DNA of 64,000 nucleotides from Hyphomicrobiales bacterium (GCA_028339975.1 JAOLDG010000008.1:2154-66153); one strand, 5' to 3'; counted from the stretch's first letter, positions 16,584 through 25,597 are shown. Notes: generated by a model not told the origin, from the sequence alone. A program made the numbers and translations.

Positions 16584-16627
16584 TCAGTAGATTAGAAGTT
16601 CAAATCTTCTCGGGATCACCATTTAAA
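16584..16627 (+). repeat. degenerate relic copy of the tRNA-Arg 3' end (old att site)
   Basis: TCAGTAG...AGAAGTTCAAATCTTCTCGGGATCACCATTTAAA aligns to the tRNA T-arm and acceptor (AGTAGTTCGAATCTACTCGGGATCACCATTTAAA). There are 3 substitutions, two of them compensatory in the T-stem (AGAAG/CTTCT). The tRNA 5' half is absent. Confidence 0.55.
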
Positions 16628-16738
16628 AAATAGACAATTATATCCTAAAAATTATAAAAATTAATGCTTGTATGTTTTTAATAACCATTATTAACTAGTT
16701 TTTTTTATAACAAAAACTTAAAAAAATAGGAATTAATT

Positions 16739-17479
16739 ATGAGTTGTATCAAAGGAAAAGTAATTTTAATTACAGGTGCTAGTTCAGGATTTGGCATGGT
16801 AACTGCCAAAAAATGTGTTGAACACGGCGCAAAAGTTGTTCTGGCTGCAAGACGTGAAAATAGACTAAAGGATTTATGCGAATCTTTGGGTAGTGATAAT
16901 GCAATTTTTATGGCCACAGACGTAACCAGGAAAGAAGATTTAAATAATATAGTAAAATACGGAATTGATACCTTTAATCAAATTGACTCCTTGGTTAATA
17001 ATGCAGGAATTATGCCCTTGTCTTTTATTGAGCAAGGTAGAACTGATGAATGGGATCAGATGATTGATGTTAATATAAAAGGTGTTTTATATGCCATTGA
17101 TGCGGTTTATTCCCACATGATGGAAAGAGGTAGTGGTCAAATTATCAATATTTCGTCAGTGGCGGGTAAAAGACTTATTCCTGGAAGTGCAGTTTACTCT
17201 GGAACAAAATTTGCTGTAGCGGCTATCTCAGAAGGCCTAAGAATAGAAAGTGAGGGAAAGCTGCAGGTAACTTGTATTTTTCCAGGTGCTTTTGAAACCG
17301 AACTTGGAGCGTCAATTAAAGATGAAAAAATGCTAGAATATCTTACCAGTGAGGCTAAGTACGCTAATCTTGCCCAGCCTGCCGAGATAGTTGCAGATGC
17401 AATAATTTATTCCCTAGAACAAAAACCTGGTGTTGCTGCAAATGAGATAGTTTTAAGACCAACAGCCCAAGATTTTTAA
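16739..17479 (+). CDS. SDR family short-chain dehydrogenase/reductase
   Basis: Carries the TGASSGFG Rossmann motif, NNAG, and a YSGTK catalytic Tyr-x3-Lys. Confidence 0.8.
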   Translation: MSCIKGKVILITGASSGFGMVTAKKCVEHGAKVVLAARRENRLKDLCESLGSDNAIFMATDVTRKEDLNNIVKYGIDTFNQIDSLVNNAGIMPLSFIEQGRTDEWDQMIDVNIKGVLYAIDAVYSHMMERGSGQIINISSVAGKRLIPGSAVYSGTKFAVAAISEGLRIESEGKLQVTCIFPGAFETELGASIKDEKMLEYLTSEAKYANLAQPAEIVADAIIYSLEQKPGVAANEIVLRPTAQDF

Positions 17480-17505
17480 TCTTATAAAATCAAAAGGATA
17501 ATATA

Positions 17506-17952
17506 ATGACTAAATTAAATATAGTATATGCATCAGAAATGGGAACAGCAATGGATGTAGCTGATAAGACTGAAGCAATAGCTAAAGATAAAGGTGTTGA
17601 TGTTGTTCAGTTTGGGATGGATAGCGTATCAATGGATGAATTAAAAACCATGAGTAAATTAATGATTATAACAAGCACAACAGGTGATGGCGACCTTCCA
17701 ATGATGGGTGAAAATTTTTGGAATGAATTATCGGAATCTGACTTAGACTTAAGCTCTATTGAATATAGCGTCTGCGCCCTCGGGGATAGCTCTCATCATG
17801 AATTTTGTGGTGCTGGCAAAAAAGTTGATGGAAGATTACTAGAGCTTGGTGCAAAAAAAATTCTAGATATGCATGAATGCGATGGTGATACTGAAGGATC
17901 TGAAGAATGGGCGACGCTAGCAATGGATAAGCTAGGGGTTCTGCCTAATTAA
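17506..17952 (+). CDS. flavodoxin-domain protein
   Basis: IVYASEMGTA...TSTTGDGDLP is an FMN-binding flavodoxin-like signature in a 148-aa protein. Confidence 0.6.
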   Translation: MTKLNIVYASEMGTAMDVADKTEAIAKDKGVDVVQFGMDSVSMDELKTMSKLMIITSTTGDGDLPMMGENFWNELSESDLDLSSIEYSVCALGDSSHHEFCGAGKKVDGRLLELGAKKILDMHECDGDTEGSEEWATLAMDKLGVLPN

Positions 17953-18097
17953 GTATGTTGATTAACTGGGAGTAAGAAAACATGTTTTTTGCTAAATTAT
18001 TTTTGGGAACAATTTCCTGGCTTATTATTACTTATTTTCTTTGGGATTGGGTTGTCACTTGAGAATGGAAATATAATTTATTATTTGGAGAAAGAAG

Positions 18098-18553
18098 ATG
18101 AAAACTAAGATACCCCCGCCTTTAGTTGCTTTAATTGTAATGCTTCTAACATTCCTGTCTAGAGATTATCTGGATATATTCTATCTCCATCCACATCTTC
18201 AACGAACTTTGTTTCTTTTATTTTTAGTAATTGGAGTTTCAGTGATTTTCTTGGCAACAAGACAATTTAAAATTTCAAAAACCACTGTTAATCCTTTGAA
18301 GCCTGAAACTGCCTCTAGCTTAGTTACCTCAGGTATTTTTCGTCGAACACGTAACCCTATGTACTTGGGTCTTACCTCACTATTAATATCGTTTAGTATT
18401 TATTTTTCATCAGTATTTGGAATTATTATTTACCTTCCTTTGTTCATTTCTTATATTACTATTTTTCAAATTATTCCTGAAGAAGATGCAATGAATAAAT
18501 TATTTAGCAACGACTATAAAAGCTATTGCTTAAAAGTGAGAAGATGGATTTAA
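18098..18553 (+). CDS. membrane methyltransferase of the ICMT/PEMT (phospholipid methyltransferase) family
   Basis: A multi-TM protein with the conserved SGIFRRTRNPMYLG motif, matching the isoprenylcysteine carboxyl / phospholipid methyltransferase family. Confidence 0.6.
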   Translation: MKTKIPPPLVALIVMLLTFLSRDYLDIFYLHPHLQRTLFLLFLVIGVSVIFLATRQFKISKTTVNPLKPETASSLVTSGIFRRTRNPMYLGLTSLLISFSIYFSSVFGIIIYLPLFISYITIFQIIPEEDAMNKLFSNDYKSYCLKVRRWI

Positions 18554-18566
18554 ATAATTGAATATA

Positions 18567-18713
18567 ATGACTAATTTAAAAAAAGAAACTAAATCTCTAA
18601 AAGAAAGAAATGGTCATATTGTTTGTTATAATTGCAATTTTTCTAATCCTATAAAGGATTTATCTAAGAATCTGTGCTTAAAGTGCAGTCTATCACTTCC
18701 ATTTATATATTAA
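18567..18713 (+). CDS. possible small zinc-ribbon protein (48 aa)
   Basis: An unannotated ORF, MTNLKKETKSLKERNGHIVCYNCNFSNPIKDLSKNLCLKCSLSLPFIY, with a CxxC...CxxC pattern. It overlaps the 3' end of the convergent DUF1289 gene by ~10 nt. Confidence 0.2.
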   Translation: MTNLKKETKSLKERNGHIVCYNCNFSNPIKDLSKNLCLKCSLSLPFIY

Positions 18714-18891
18714 TTTTTCTATTTTTTAATTCATTCATAATGTCTTCTCTCTCTTTATCCGATAATATTGTCCAATTACGAATTTCGTATGGCGTTCTTT
18801 TGCAGCCAGTACAAGATGTTATATCGTTTATTTTTTCGAGCATGCATATACCAACACATGGCGAAGCAATATAATTTGATGAATTATTCAT
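18703..18891 (-). CDS. DUF1289 predicted Fe-S/cysteine-cluster protein
   Basis: CVGICMLEKINDITSCTGCKRTPYEIRNW matches the DUF1289 (YdhL-like) pattern C.G.C.......C.GC.RT..EI..W. Confidence 0.55.
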   Translation of the reverse strand: MNNSSNYIASPCVGICMLEKINDITSCTGCKRTPYEIRNWTILSDKEREDIMNELKNRKINI

Positions 18892-18921
18892 TAAAAGCTT
18901 ACCTTAAAATAATGTTTATAA

Positions 18922-19221
18922 TTATAGTGCATCAAAATGTCTAATAATTGGTTCACCATCAAAGCAGTCCTTGAATAGTTTCTTAGCATTTTTTACATGA
19001 AGACTTTTTGAGTGTTTCTTAATACTTTCAATATTTTTGTAATTTTCCATAATTATATAGTTAAGTGAATTTTGTTTATCCCTTGAGACTTGATAAAATA
19101 TATTACCTTCTTCATTTTCTCTTATTTCATTTGAGAGATTTATGAATATTTCTTCAAATTGCTTTTGTTTACTCTCTTTCACTTTAATTTTAACCAAAAC
19201 ACATATCATTATATCTTCCAT
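18922..19221 (-). CDS. antibiotic-biosynthesis-monooxygenase (ABM) domain protein
   Basis: Has the ferredoxin-like ABM pattern (...VKESKQKQFEE...ENEEGNIFYQVSRD...IIMENYKNIES). The start is chosen at the internal Met; the track ORF extends to 19242. Confidence 0.45.
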   Translation of the reverse strand: MEDIMICVLVKIKVKESKQKQFEEIFINLSNEIRENEEGNIFYQVSRDKQNSLNYIIMENYKNIESIKKHSKSLHVKNAKKLFKDCFDGEPIIRHFDAL

Positions 19222-19416
19222 TGTTTTAATTTTTACTTGCAATCACAACTAAATTCTTTGATTAAATAACAATGTTTAGAATTATTTGTCTATTTATCTT
19301 TCCAGTAATTACAGTATTAGCTCTACTTGTGTATCTAAAATTTTATATATAAAAAATAAAGCTATCTATTATTGAATTAACAATATAAAAACCGTTCAAA
19401 ATACAATGGATACTTA

Positions 19417-21231
19417 ATGAATCAAGAAATTAGAAATATTGCAATTATTGCTCATGTTGATCATGGAAAGACTACCCTTATAGATTCAATTATGAAGCAA
19501 AGTGGATTGTTTAGAGATAATCAACTTGTTGATGAAAGAGTTATGGATTCTGGTGATCTTGAAAAAGAACGTGGAATTACAATTCTTGCTAAACCAACCT
19601 CAATACCATGGGGTGATATTCGAATTAATATTATTGATACTCCAGGTCATGCAGATTTTGGCGGTGAGGTTGAAAGGGTGTTGGGAATGGCAGATGGCGT
19701 CATTTTACTTGTCGATTCCGCTGAAGGTCCAATGCCACAAACTAAGTTTGTTCTTGGAAAAGCTCTAAAGCAAGGATTAAGACCCATTGTTATTATCAAT
19801 AAAATAGATAGGCCTGATAGGCGACCTGATGAGGTGGTAAATGAAATTTTTGACCTTTTTGTTGCTTTAGATGCAGATGATGAGCAACTGGATTTTCCAA
19901 TATTATATGCATCTGGTAGGGCTGGTTGGTGTGTAAAAGATCTAGAAGAAAGTTCTGATAATTTAGACGATCTTATGGATTTAATTATTAAACATGTTCC
20001 TATCCCTGTTGTTGATGAGGTTAATGAATTTGCTATGCTTGCCACATTACTTGATTACGATTCATATCTTGGAAGATGTTTAACAGGTAAAGTTATCTCA
20101 GGTAGCGCAAAAATTAATGATCAAGTTAAGTCTATCAATTTAAATTCTGAGTTAGTAGAAAATGGTCGATTAACAAAATTATTCAAATTTGAAGGGACAA
20201 GTAAGGTCCCTGTTGACGAAGTTTTCTGTGGTGACATTATTTGTATTGCTGGTTTAACAAAAACCTCCGTGTCAGATACAATTTGCTATCCATCTATAAC
20301 CACACCATTAAAATCAACTCCTATTGATCCCCCTACAATGTCTATTACAATAACCGTCAACGATTCACCTTTTGCTGGGAGAGAGGGCAAAAAAGTAACA
20401 TCAACTGTTATTCGTGAGAGATTAATTGCTGAGTCAGAAACTAATGTTGCCATAACCTTCGCGGAAGGTCAGGGAAAGGATTCATTTGAAATAGGCGGAA
20501 GAGGGGAACTTCAGCTTGGCGTTTTAATTGAGACTATGCGCCGTGAAGGTTTTGAAATGACAGTATCAAGACCAAAGGTGTTATATAAAAAAGATGAATT
20601 AGGTAAAAAATTAGAGCCAATTGAGGAAGTTATTATTGATGTTGATGATGAATTTTCAAGTTCTGTTTTAGATAGTATGAACAGACGTAAGGGTGAAATG
20701 ATTGATATGAGGTCTTCAGGATCTGGTAAAACTAGAATAATTTTTTATGCACCTTCAAGGGCTTTAATTGGATATCAGAATCGATTCTTAACCCAAACAA
20801 AGGGAACTGGAGTAATTAACAGGATTTTTCATGAATATGGTCTCTATAAGGGTGATATTGAAAGTAGAAGGAATGGTGTTTTAGTTTCAACTGAGACAGG
20901 ACCAGCTGTTGCTTATGCATTATTTCATCTTCAGGATAGAGGGATAATGTTTTTAGGTCCCCAGACAGAGGTCTACGGTGGAATGATAGTTGGTGAACAT
21001 AATAGAGAAAATGATCTTGGTATTAATGTTTTAAAAGGAAAAAAACATTCAAATGTTAGATCTTCTGGAGCAGATGAAGCAGTTGTTCTTGTACCCCATC
21101 AACAAATGTCCTTAGAGGAAATGATGGCGTATATTGATAGCGATGAACTCTTAGAGGTAACACCAACTAAGTTACGTTTAAGAAAAAAATATCTCGATCC
21201 AAATGAAAGAAAAAAGATGGGTAAGCTATAA
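19417..21231 (+). CDS. typA: translational GTPase BipA/TypA
   Basis: Carries the G1-G4 motifs (AHVDHGKTT, DTPGH, NKID). The 604-aa length and EF-G-like domain order match BipA. Confidence 0.9.
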   Translation: MNQEIRNIAIIAHVDHGKTTLIDSIMKQSGLFRDNQLVDERVMDSGDLEKERGITILAKPTSIPWGDIRINIIDTPGHADFGGEVERVLGMADGVILLVDSAEGPMPQTKFVLGKALKQGLRPIVIINKIDRPDRRPDEVVNEIFDLFVALDADDEQLDFPILYASGRAGWCVKDLEESSDNLDDLMDLIIKHVPIPVVDEVNEFAMLATLLDYDSYLGRCLTGKVISGSAKINDQVKSINLNSELVENGRLTKLFKFEGTSKVPVDEVFCGDIICIAGLTKTSVSDTICYPSITTPLKSTPIDPPTMSITITVNDSPFAGREGKKVTSTVIRERLIAESETNVAITFAEGQGKDSFEIGGRGELQLGVLIETMRREGFEMTVSRPKVLYKKDELGKKLEPIEEVIIDVDDEFSSSVLDSMNRRKGEMIDMRSSGSGKTRIIFYAPSRALIGYQNRFLTQTKGTGVINRIFHEYGLYKGDIESRRNGVLVSTETGPAVAYALFHLQDRGIMFLGPQTEVYGGMIVGEHNRENDLGINVLKGKKHSNVRSSGADEAVVLVPHQQMSLEEMMAYIDSDELLEVTPTKLRLRKKYLDPNERKKMGKL

Positions 21232-21249
21232 TTTTTACTGAGGTTAAAA

Positions 21250-21402
21250 ATTCCTAAACAAATCCTAAAAAAAAATTTAGATACAAAAATTTGTCTTGTC
21301 TGTAAAAAAAGTTTTTCGTGGAGAAAAAAATGGAAATTTTCTTGGAAAAATGTTTTGTATTGTTCTGAAAGATGCAGAAGAAGTAAGAAGGGTAATGTTT
21401 AG
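21250..21402 (+). CDS. DUF2256 zinc-ribbon protein, apparently initiated at AUU
   Basis: The frame translates to (I)PKQILKKNLDTKICLVCKKSFSWRKKWKFSWKNVLYCSERCRRSKKGNV, a strong match to the DUF2256 consensus K.C..C.R.F.WRKKW...W..V.YCSERCR. There is no in-frame ATG, GTG or TTG, but GAGGT lies 6 nt upstream of ATT at 21250. Confidence 0.45.
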   Translation: MPKQILKKNLDTKICLVCKKSFSWRKKWKFSWKNVLYCSERCRRSKKGNV

Positions 21403-21829
21403 AAGAAATTTATCAAATTTATTAATATTATTTGGGAGCACACCTTTTGTTTTTTTCTCAATACTAAGTCTTTTTTCTTTAAATAATTTTTTAAATTACA
21501 ACATTATTTACCTTGCATCTCTTTACATCCTAACAATTGTTAGTTTTATATGCGGTACTTATTGGGGAATTTTTTTAAATAGCAAAAAAATTACAATTAA
21601 TTTATTAATTATAAGTAATTTATTAACTCTTTTAGTTTATTTTGGATTTTTAATTTTAAGTAGCTTTGCTTTTATTCTGTTATCAATACTTATATTTATA
21701 GTTCTTTTATTTGTTGATTTTTTTATTTTCAAAAATGATATGATTTTATTGAATTACCTAAAGGTTAGGGTTTATGTTTCTTTAATAGTATTGATTTCAT
21801 TATTTATTATTTTGTTTAATTCTTTTTAA
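21395..21829 (+). CDS. hypothetical 4-TM membrane protein
   Basis: An ATG at 21395 overlaps the DUF2256 stop (ATGTTTAG). The protein is hydrophobic and 144 aa. The track ORF starting at 21296 is a frame chimera in its first ~33 codons. Confidence 0.4.
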   Translation: MFRRNLSNLLILFGSTPFVFFSILSLFSLNNFLNYNIIYLASLYILTIVSFICGTYWGIFLNSKKITINLLIISNLLTLLVYFGFLILSSFAFILLSILIFIVLLFVDFFIFKNDMILLNYLKVRVYVSLIVLISLFIILFNSF

Positions 21830-22222
21830 AATACCGCTAAATGTTGAAATAGTTTCTTTTTTATTAAAAACCTCACCTTTTATGAAGAGCATTGAACCTG
21901 TTTCATTTGTAATTTCTCCTTTTCCATAAATGATATCATCATTAATTGAGGGTCTTAAAAACTCTGTAGAGCAGGATATAGTTACAAAAGATTCCTCCTT
22001 AACTTGCTTTAGTGAAACAACAAATAAAGTATAATCAATAAAGGACATTATCATTCCTCCATGGAGAGAACCCATTCCATTTAAGTGCTTTTTTTCGCAT
22101 CTAAAAGCTGCAATATTATTGTTATCATTTTCTAGATAATAAAAAGGACCTACATAATCTTCAAAGGGCTCTTCATTATGCCAACCCTTTTTAAAATTTT
22201 TTATATCAATTTCATTTTTCAT
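21800..22222 (-). CDS. PaaI/4HBT hotdog-fold thioesterase
   Basis: Has the HGG motif (GSLHGGMIMSFIDYTL) and a ~140-aa hotdog architecture. Confidence 0.65.
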   Translation of the reverse strand: MKNEIDIKNFKKGWHNEEPFEDYVGPFYYLENDNNNIAAFRCEKKHLNGMGSLHGGMIMSFIDYTLFVVSLKQVKEESFVTISCSTEFLRPSINDDIIYGKGEITNETGSMLFIKGEVFNKKETISTFSGILKRIKQNNK

Positions 22223-22508
22223 ATTGCTTATCTTCTTTTAAGTTTTAATTTTTTAAATAATATTAAATCATAGCAGAAATCGATATTCTTTGAAATAATT
22301 AGAAATATATCTTAAAATACTAAAATGAATAAAATTAAAGAAAACTGGAAAAAAATTGTAATGAATCCAAGAATATTTAATACCTCTTTTGGCTCTATTT
22401 CGTATTTACCACCGGTACAAAACACTGATAATAATTTTATTCATCCACCGCTAAGCATTTCTAAAACCGGTTTAGCTCAATTTAATCAATTTTGTGAGGG
22501 GAAGAAAG

Positions 22509-23018
22509 ATGAGTAATAATGAAGACTTAACTAGTAGTGAGATAAAAGCTTTAAGGGATTTACTTGATGTTGAGCAGATAAAAGAATTAAGGCTGCGATA
22601 TTCATACCATATGGACGCAAGAGATCTTGATAGCTTAATGCATGTTTTTGCAGAAGGAGCTGTTTGTGGTTATGGTCCGTATGGTGATTGGGTTGGTAAG
22701 GATGTTATTTATAACAACTACAAAGAAACATTTAAAGATACCCTTGATACTCCTTTTGTTAGTATGCATGTTAACACAAATCATCTAGTAAAAATCACTG
22801 GTCCAAATGAAGCCAAAGGAAGGGTCTACCTTCTAGACGGTATGACAAAAAATATGGATGGATCAGACATAAAGGAAGGCCAAAGTAATTTTTTATGGCT
22901 TGCTCTTTATGATGAAAATTATGTTAAGATTGATGGAAGCTGGAAAATAAAAAATATGAATTTAGAGTTTTTCTGGCCTGAAAGGCACATTTCAGATGGA
23001 TTTTCAGTAGATTTTTAA
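22509..23018 (+). CDS. SnoaL-like (NTF2-fold) protein
   Basis: NTF2-like pattern (ELRLRYSYHMDARDLDSL...DGSWKI). The start is chosen at the ATG at 22509, behind a GAGGGG SD. Confidence 0.45.
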   Translation: MSNNEDLTSSEIKALRDLLDVEQIKELRLRYSYHMDARDLDSLMHVFAEGAVCGYGPYGDWVGKDVIYNNYKETFKDTLDTPFVSMHVNTNHLVKITGPNEAKGRVYLLDGMTKNMDGSDIKEGQSNFLWLALYDENYVKIDGSWKIKNMNLEFFWPERHISDGFSVDF

Positions 23019-23027
23019 AGGATTTTA

Positions 23028-23573
23028 ATGACTAGATTTATATTTATATTAACTTTATTTCTTTTTTTACAAACGGCTAATGCCAATGCAGCAATTTCAA
23101 TCTTGGGAGATTCTGAGGCAGCTATTTGCTATAAGCATGCTAAATTAGGCTACTCATCGAGGTCATCAATAAATATTTGTTTAAATATCTTATCTGATAA
23201 GCCTTTACCGTTAAATATCAGGGATGCTACGAGGATAAATTTAGGTATCATATACAATAACGGCTTAAAACCTAATTTAGCTCTTGAGCAGTTTAATAAA
23301 GCTATTAAAAATGATTCTGTAAAAGCTGAAGCACTCTTAAATCAAGGAAACAGCCTTTACCTCCTTAAGAATTTTAGTGGTGCATTAGATAAATATGAGG
23401 AATCTCTAAAGAGTAATATTAATGATGTTTCTGCGGTTTATTATAACAAAGGCCTTGTTTTTGAAAAATTAGGTAATACGAAAGATGCAGTTTTATTTTA
23501 TAAGAAGGCTTTATCATTAAATCCCGATCTTATTTCCATTTTTGATAGAAGGTCTTCTTTAAATGAAGGATGA
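23028..23573 (+). CDS. secreted tetratricopeptide-repeat protein
   Basis: Has a signal peptide and three to four TPR-like 34-residue repeats (AEALLNQGNSLYLLKNFSGALDKYEESL ...). Confidence 0.55.
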   Translation: MTRFIFILTLFLFLQTANANAAISILGDSEAAICYKHAKLGYSSRSSINICLNILSDKPLPLNIRDATRINLGIIYNNGLKPNLALEQFNKAIKNDSVKAEALLNQGNSLYLLKNFSGALDKYEESLKSNINDVSAVYYNKGLVFEKLGNTKDAVLFYKKALSLNPDLISIFDRRSSLNEG

Positions 23574-23798
23574 AGAACCTAAAAAACCTAGATTAGAAAG
23601 GCAAAAGCAGGGTACTTACGAAAGAATTGTAAAAAGTAAAAAAATCTATAATAGAAAAAAGGAAGAACTTAATGATTAGGATAATATTTGGATTTATTCT
23701 TGGTGTTTTGTTTGCCTCTTATTTAAGTGTAGATTTAAAGGATGCAATATTATATTACTTTAATTCCTTTATATATAGTATTGAAAACTAAAACTAAA

Positions 23799-24536
23799 TT
23801 AATAATCAAAACTAAATTTAACACCATAAAATGAATTTGATTTGTCTGTAAGAGGCGGAGGAGATGAATCGTGGGTGTTTTCATATGTTATTATAGATGA
23901 AAATCGTTCTGATATTTTTAGTCGTAAGCCAAGAACTAGATAAGATCTTAATTCTGAAAAATCCTCAATATCAGGTTGAATGTATAATGTAGATTCAAGC
24001 GAAGCGTTATCAGAAATGTTAAAAGAATTAGTCGCATATGAGTTAATTCGAATTGTTTTCCTTGCGTCAGATAAAATTCTTTCCTCATTTTCATTAAATA
24101 TACCTAGTCCAAGCTTTACTGATTTATAAGGACTAAGCCTAATACCAGCTCCTACCAGCTCTCTTCTTTTAATCTTTTGAAGAGGTTTTTCGCTTAATTG
24201 AATAAATCCCTCAACTGCAAGAAGTGGTGATATTTTTCTAACACCCCTTAAATGCATAAATGTGTTGTTTGAGGTAATTGAATTATCTTTCTCTTCTCTT
24301 TTGTAGGAAAATATAGCAAACCTTTGCCACTCATTTGAATTAATATCCACTCTACCCTCAAGGCTATAATTTGTTCTGTCAACTGTACCGCTAGAGCCAT
24401 TTAAACCAAGGTTGAGTTGAAGATGTGATCCAAGTAAGTTTTCCTTCCTAGATGACTCCATATTAACGATTTGCGACAAACCAAGATTAGGATATACGAA
24501 TACAGATAGAATGAAGATTATTTTTATTAAATTCAT
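23799..24536 (-). CDS. outer-membrane beta-barrel protein (DUF481-like)
   Basis: Has a signal peptide (MNLIKIIFILSVFVYPNLGLS), alternating amphipathic beta-strands, and a C-terminal aromatic residue (FSFDY). The start is chosen at the internal Met at 24536, abutting the mscS stop. Confidence 0.5.
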   Translation of the reverse strand: MNLIKIIFILSVFVYPNLGLSQIVNMESSRKENLLGSHLQLNLGLNGSSGTVDRTNYSLEGRVDINSNEWQRFAIFSYKREEKDNSITSNNTFMHLRGVRKISPLLAVEGFIQLSEKPLQKIKRRELVGAGIRLSPYKSVKLGLGIFNENEERILSDARKTIRINSYATNSFNISDNASLESTLYIQPDIEDFSELRSYLVLGLRLKISERFSSIITYENTHDSSPPPLTDKSNSFYGVKFSFDY

Positions 24537-24537
24537 T

Positions 24538-25494
24538 TTAAACCTTTCCGTCCCTAATATGAATATCTCTCTGTGGATAAGGAATTTCAATACCATTATC
24601 TTTAAATTTGTTCCAAATGGAGAACAAAACATCACTTCTGGGTCCGTACCTTCCTTCAACTACATCGTTAACCCAGAATAAGAGGATAAAATTAACTGAG
24701 CTATCAGCAAACTCTTCTAGAAAACATAGAGCTTCTGGAGTTTTTGTTGTTCTTGGATGTTCTTTTGCAGCCTCTAATATTAGTGTTTGAGCTTTTTTGA
24801 TATCACAGTCATATGATACGCCAATACTAATCTTAATTCGGGCTTTTTTGTTACTGTGTGTGTAATTTATAACCCTATTTGTAATTAAGTCTTCATTTGG
24901 AACCATCACTTCTTTTCCGTCAAATGTTTCAATTAATGAAGCTCTTGAACCAGTATTTCTTAAAAAACCTAATGTTCCATCATTTAATTCTATCAAATCA
25001 TCGTTCTGCACAGTTTTTTCAAACAAAATAATAATACCGCTAATAAAATTCGATGTTATTTTTTGTAATCCAAAACCAATACCTATGCCAAGCGCACCAC
25101 TAAAAACAGCAAGAGCAGTTAAATCAATACCTAAAAAATTCATACCTATTTGAAAGGCAATAAAATAGATGAGTATCTGAAGTGCTTTGGTTATTAAGTT
25201 TCTATTGTTGGAATTGATTCCAGGGATCTTTTTAACAAATTTTGCGGCAATATCAGACAGCAAACCTGTAACCCATAATAATGTAGCAATTATCAATACG
25301 CCTTGGATAATTAAGTATGCAGAAAACTTAGATTCCCCAATACTAATAGACAAAGCATCTGCGGCTAGAAAATTTTTAATTGGCGATAAAAAAGGAAGAA
25401 ATTCAAGAGAAAAGAAAAACAAAACAAAGGCTAATAAGAGGAATTTTGCAAGACCCGATTCAGGTTTAAGTAATTTTTTCCAAAAGTTAGTCAT
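24538..25494 (-). CDS. small-conductance mechanosensitive channel (MscS family)
   Basis: Three N-terminal TM helices are followed by the MscS beta-domain (GIIILFEKTVQNDDLIELNDGTLGFLRNTGSRASLIETFDGKEVMVPNEDL). Confidence 0.8.
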   Translation of the reverse strand: MTNFWKKLLKPESGLAKFLLLAFVLFFFSLEFLPFLSPIKNFLAADALSISIGESKFSAYLIIQGVLIIATLLWVTGLLSDIAAKFVKKIPGINSNNRNLITKALQILIYFIAFQIGMNFLGIDLTALAVFSGALGIGIGFGLQKITSNFISGIIILFEKTVQNDDLIELNDGTLGFLRNTGSRASLIETFDGKEVMVPNEDLITNRVINYTHSNKKARIKISIGVSYDCDIKKAQTLILEAAKEHPRTTKTPEALCFLEEFADSSVNFILLFWVNDVVEGRYGPRSDVLFSIWNKFKDNGIEIPYPQRDIHIRDGKV

Positions 25495-25597
25495 TAATAG
25501 TTATTATCAGATTCGTTTGATTTATGTTAATATTCAAAAGATGGTTAATTATTGTATTGTAGTTGATTTAAACTTTTACTGAAAATGGAGAATTGTA

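Noticed and set aside
16584-16627. Possible second tRNA gene, because of the strong similarity to the tRNA T-arm and acceptor
   Set aside because: Only the 3' ~40 nt are present, with an insertion before the T-stem. No D-arm or anticodon arm is present. I interpret it as an att-site relic and not a functional tRNA.
16705-16917. Antisense 70-aa ORF overlapping the SDR gene start
   Set aside because: It is opposite a strongly supported SDR N-terminus, with no independent support.
19502-20045. Track ORFs 19502-19768 (+) and 19647-20045 (-) inside bipA
   Set aside because: They are embedded in or antisense to a highly conserved GTPase gene. Their low-complexity translations are typical spurious ORFs.
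21296-21400. N-terminal 33 codons of the 177-aa track ORF (TTG start)
   Set aside because: An alternative frame over the same bases encodes a clear DUF2256 protein. The real downstream gene starts at the ATG at 21395.
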